Program-made: the position numbers and the translations under genes
Notes under the pieces: generated by a model
Told to the model about the DNA's origin: nothing
Database searches by the model: none
The model's input: only the letters and a program-made list of their open reading frames with translations
Shown: positions 1 to 565 of the stretch, piece after piece
How positions within the stretch are numbered: position 1 is the first letter of the stretch
How the letters are laid out: the number at the start of each line of letters is the position of its first letter
Source: Escherichia coli
Lineage (GTDB): Bacteria; Pseudomonadota; Gammaproteobacteria; Enterobacterales; Enterobacteriaceae
Strand: one strand, 5' to 3'
Length of the DNA stretch: 565 nt
Assembly (NCBI RefSeq): GCF_003334335.1
Contig: NZ_QOWQ01000171.1

Positions 1-552
1 CGCCTGGTTAAACGTCAGCCCTGCCGCCTGCCCGGCTCTGGAGAGCGTCAGCATACGATCGGCAGTCAGTCCGGCCTGATTGCCGGAAAGGACCAGCGTT
101 TTATTAAATTCTGAAAGCGTGGAATCCCCCTGGTACCAGGCGTACGCCAGCGCACCTGTCGCCACCGCCAGCGAGGTGACCCCGACCATCGGCAGGCTGA
201 TCGCACCGGCAAGCCCCCTGAACATGGGGATCATCCCGCCGAAGGAGTCCTTCACCTGACCGCCCTGTTGCAGCAGGATGAGCCAGGGATTCTGACCACC
301 GGCAAGCTGCGTGGCGATATCCGTAAACTGTGCGGGCAGGGTACGCATGGCTGCTTTATACTGCCCGACGGAAATCCCGGCTTTTTGTGCGGCCAGCGCC
401 TGACGGTTCAGACTCTGCTCAACGGCACCGGCGGTTTTTCTGGCGTCGGTATCCAGTCCTGAAAAATGACGCCTTACCCGGCTCATCTGCTCATCGAAAC
501 GGGCCGCATCCAGACTCAGGTCAATAACAAGATCACCAACCGGCTGGGACAT
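1..552 (-). CDS. H: Tail tape measure protein, lambda gpH-like; N-terminal 184 codons only, 3' end lies beyond position 1 of the window
   Basis: Seen in sequence: the minus-strand frame is open from ATG at 552..550 to the window edge (184 codons, no stop, checked codon by codon). Recognition: the translation closely matches my recollection of the lambda gpH N-terminus (MAEPVGDLVVDLSLDAARFDEQMARVRRHFSG..., ...AGGQSPWLILLQQGGQVKDSFGGMIPMFRGLAGAI...), with scattered, mostly conservative substitutions. The start is preceded by a strong Shine-Dalgarno. Identity level is not computed; it needs an alignment. Confidence 0.92.
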   Translation of the reverse strand, partial: MSQPVGDLVIDLSLDAARFDEQMSRVRRHFSGLDTDARKTAGAVEQSLNRQALAAQKAGISVGQYKAAMRTLPAQFTDIATQLAGGQNPWLILLQQGGQVKDSFGGMIPMFRGLAGAISLPMVGVTSLAVATGALAYAWYQGDSTLSEFNKTLVLSGNQAGLTADRMLTLSRAGQAAGLTFNQA

Positions 553-560
553 ATCTCACA

Positions 561-565
561 CCTCC
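561..565 (-). promoter_or_regulatory. Shine-Dalgarno ribosome-binding site for the tape measure gene (GGAGG, 8-nt spacer to ATG)
   Basis: Seen in sequence: the minus strand reads GGAGGTGTGAGATATG, with GGAGG 8 nt upstream of the ATG at 552..550. Inference: this is a canonical enterobacterial SD with appropriate spacing. Confidence 0.6.

Noticed and set aside
98-120. AT-rich patch (ttttattaaattctgaaagcg) that superficially resembles a promoter -10 or UP element
   Set aside because: It falls inside the open reading frame, where it encodes S-E-F-N-K-T on the minus strand. There is no convincing -35 partner at correct spacing and no downstream gene start for it to serve.
372-445. Two GC-rich stretches followed by T-runs on the plus strand (cccggctttttgtg at ~377-390 and caccggcggtttttctgg at ~426-443) that resemble intrinsic terminators
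   Set aside because: Neither has a credible stem: the complementary arms are only ~4 nt with a loop that is too short. Both lie inside the coding frame and on the antisense strand. The T-runs are simply the complement of AAA/AAG lysine codons.
268-462. Plus-strand 64-aa ORF from the six-frame track
   Set aside because: It lies entirely antisense to the well-supported tape measure coding frame. It has no recognisable RBS and its product is low-complexity with no recognisable family resemblance. It is a typical shadow ORF in GC-rich coding sequence.
330-527. Plus-strand 65-aa ORF from the six-frame track
   Set aside because: It is antisense to the tape measure gene and overlaps the other spurious ORF in a different frame. 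The Arg/Pro/Ser-rich translation is characteristic of reading a GC-rich gene in the wrong frame.
1-565. Search for CRISPR repeats, tandem or inverted repeats, tRNA/ncRNA, integrase attachment sites or defence-system signatures
   Set aside because: No direct or inverted repeats of meaningful length were seen by eye, and no cloverleaf-like structure. The whole window is accounted for by one continuous coding frame plus its RBS.

Overview
The window is almost entirely coding on the minus strand and contains no other supportable gene. Positions 552..1 (minus) encode the first 184 codons of a protein I recognise as a close homologue of the phage lambda tail tape measure protein gpH; it runs off the window at position 1 without a stop. 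The start is ATG at 552..550 (plus-strand 'cat'), preceded by a GGAGG Shine-Dalgarno (plus 'cctcc' at 561..565) with an 8-nt spacer. Translation (minus strand): MSQPVGDLVIDLSLDAARFDEQMSRVRRHFSGLDTDARKTAGAVEQSLNRQALAAQKAGISVGQYKAAMRTLPAQFTDIATQLAGGQNPWLILLQQGGQVKDSFGGMIPMFRGLAGAISLPMVGVTSLAVATGALAYAWYQGDSTLSEFNKTLVLSGNQAGLTADRMLTLSRAGQAAGLTFNQA. The two plus-strand ORFs in the supplied track are antisense to this gene and are rejected; the track missed the real gene, presumably because the frame has no stop inside the window. This is the tail-morphogenesis module of a lambdoid phage or prophage, most likely in an enterobacterial genome. I see no CRISPR array, RNA gene, mobile-element end or defence-system signature, and nothing here supports a novel system. 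The findings are modest points about a known gene family.
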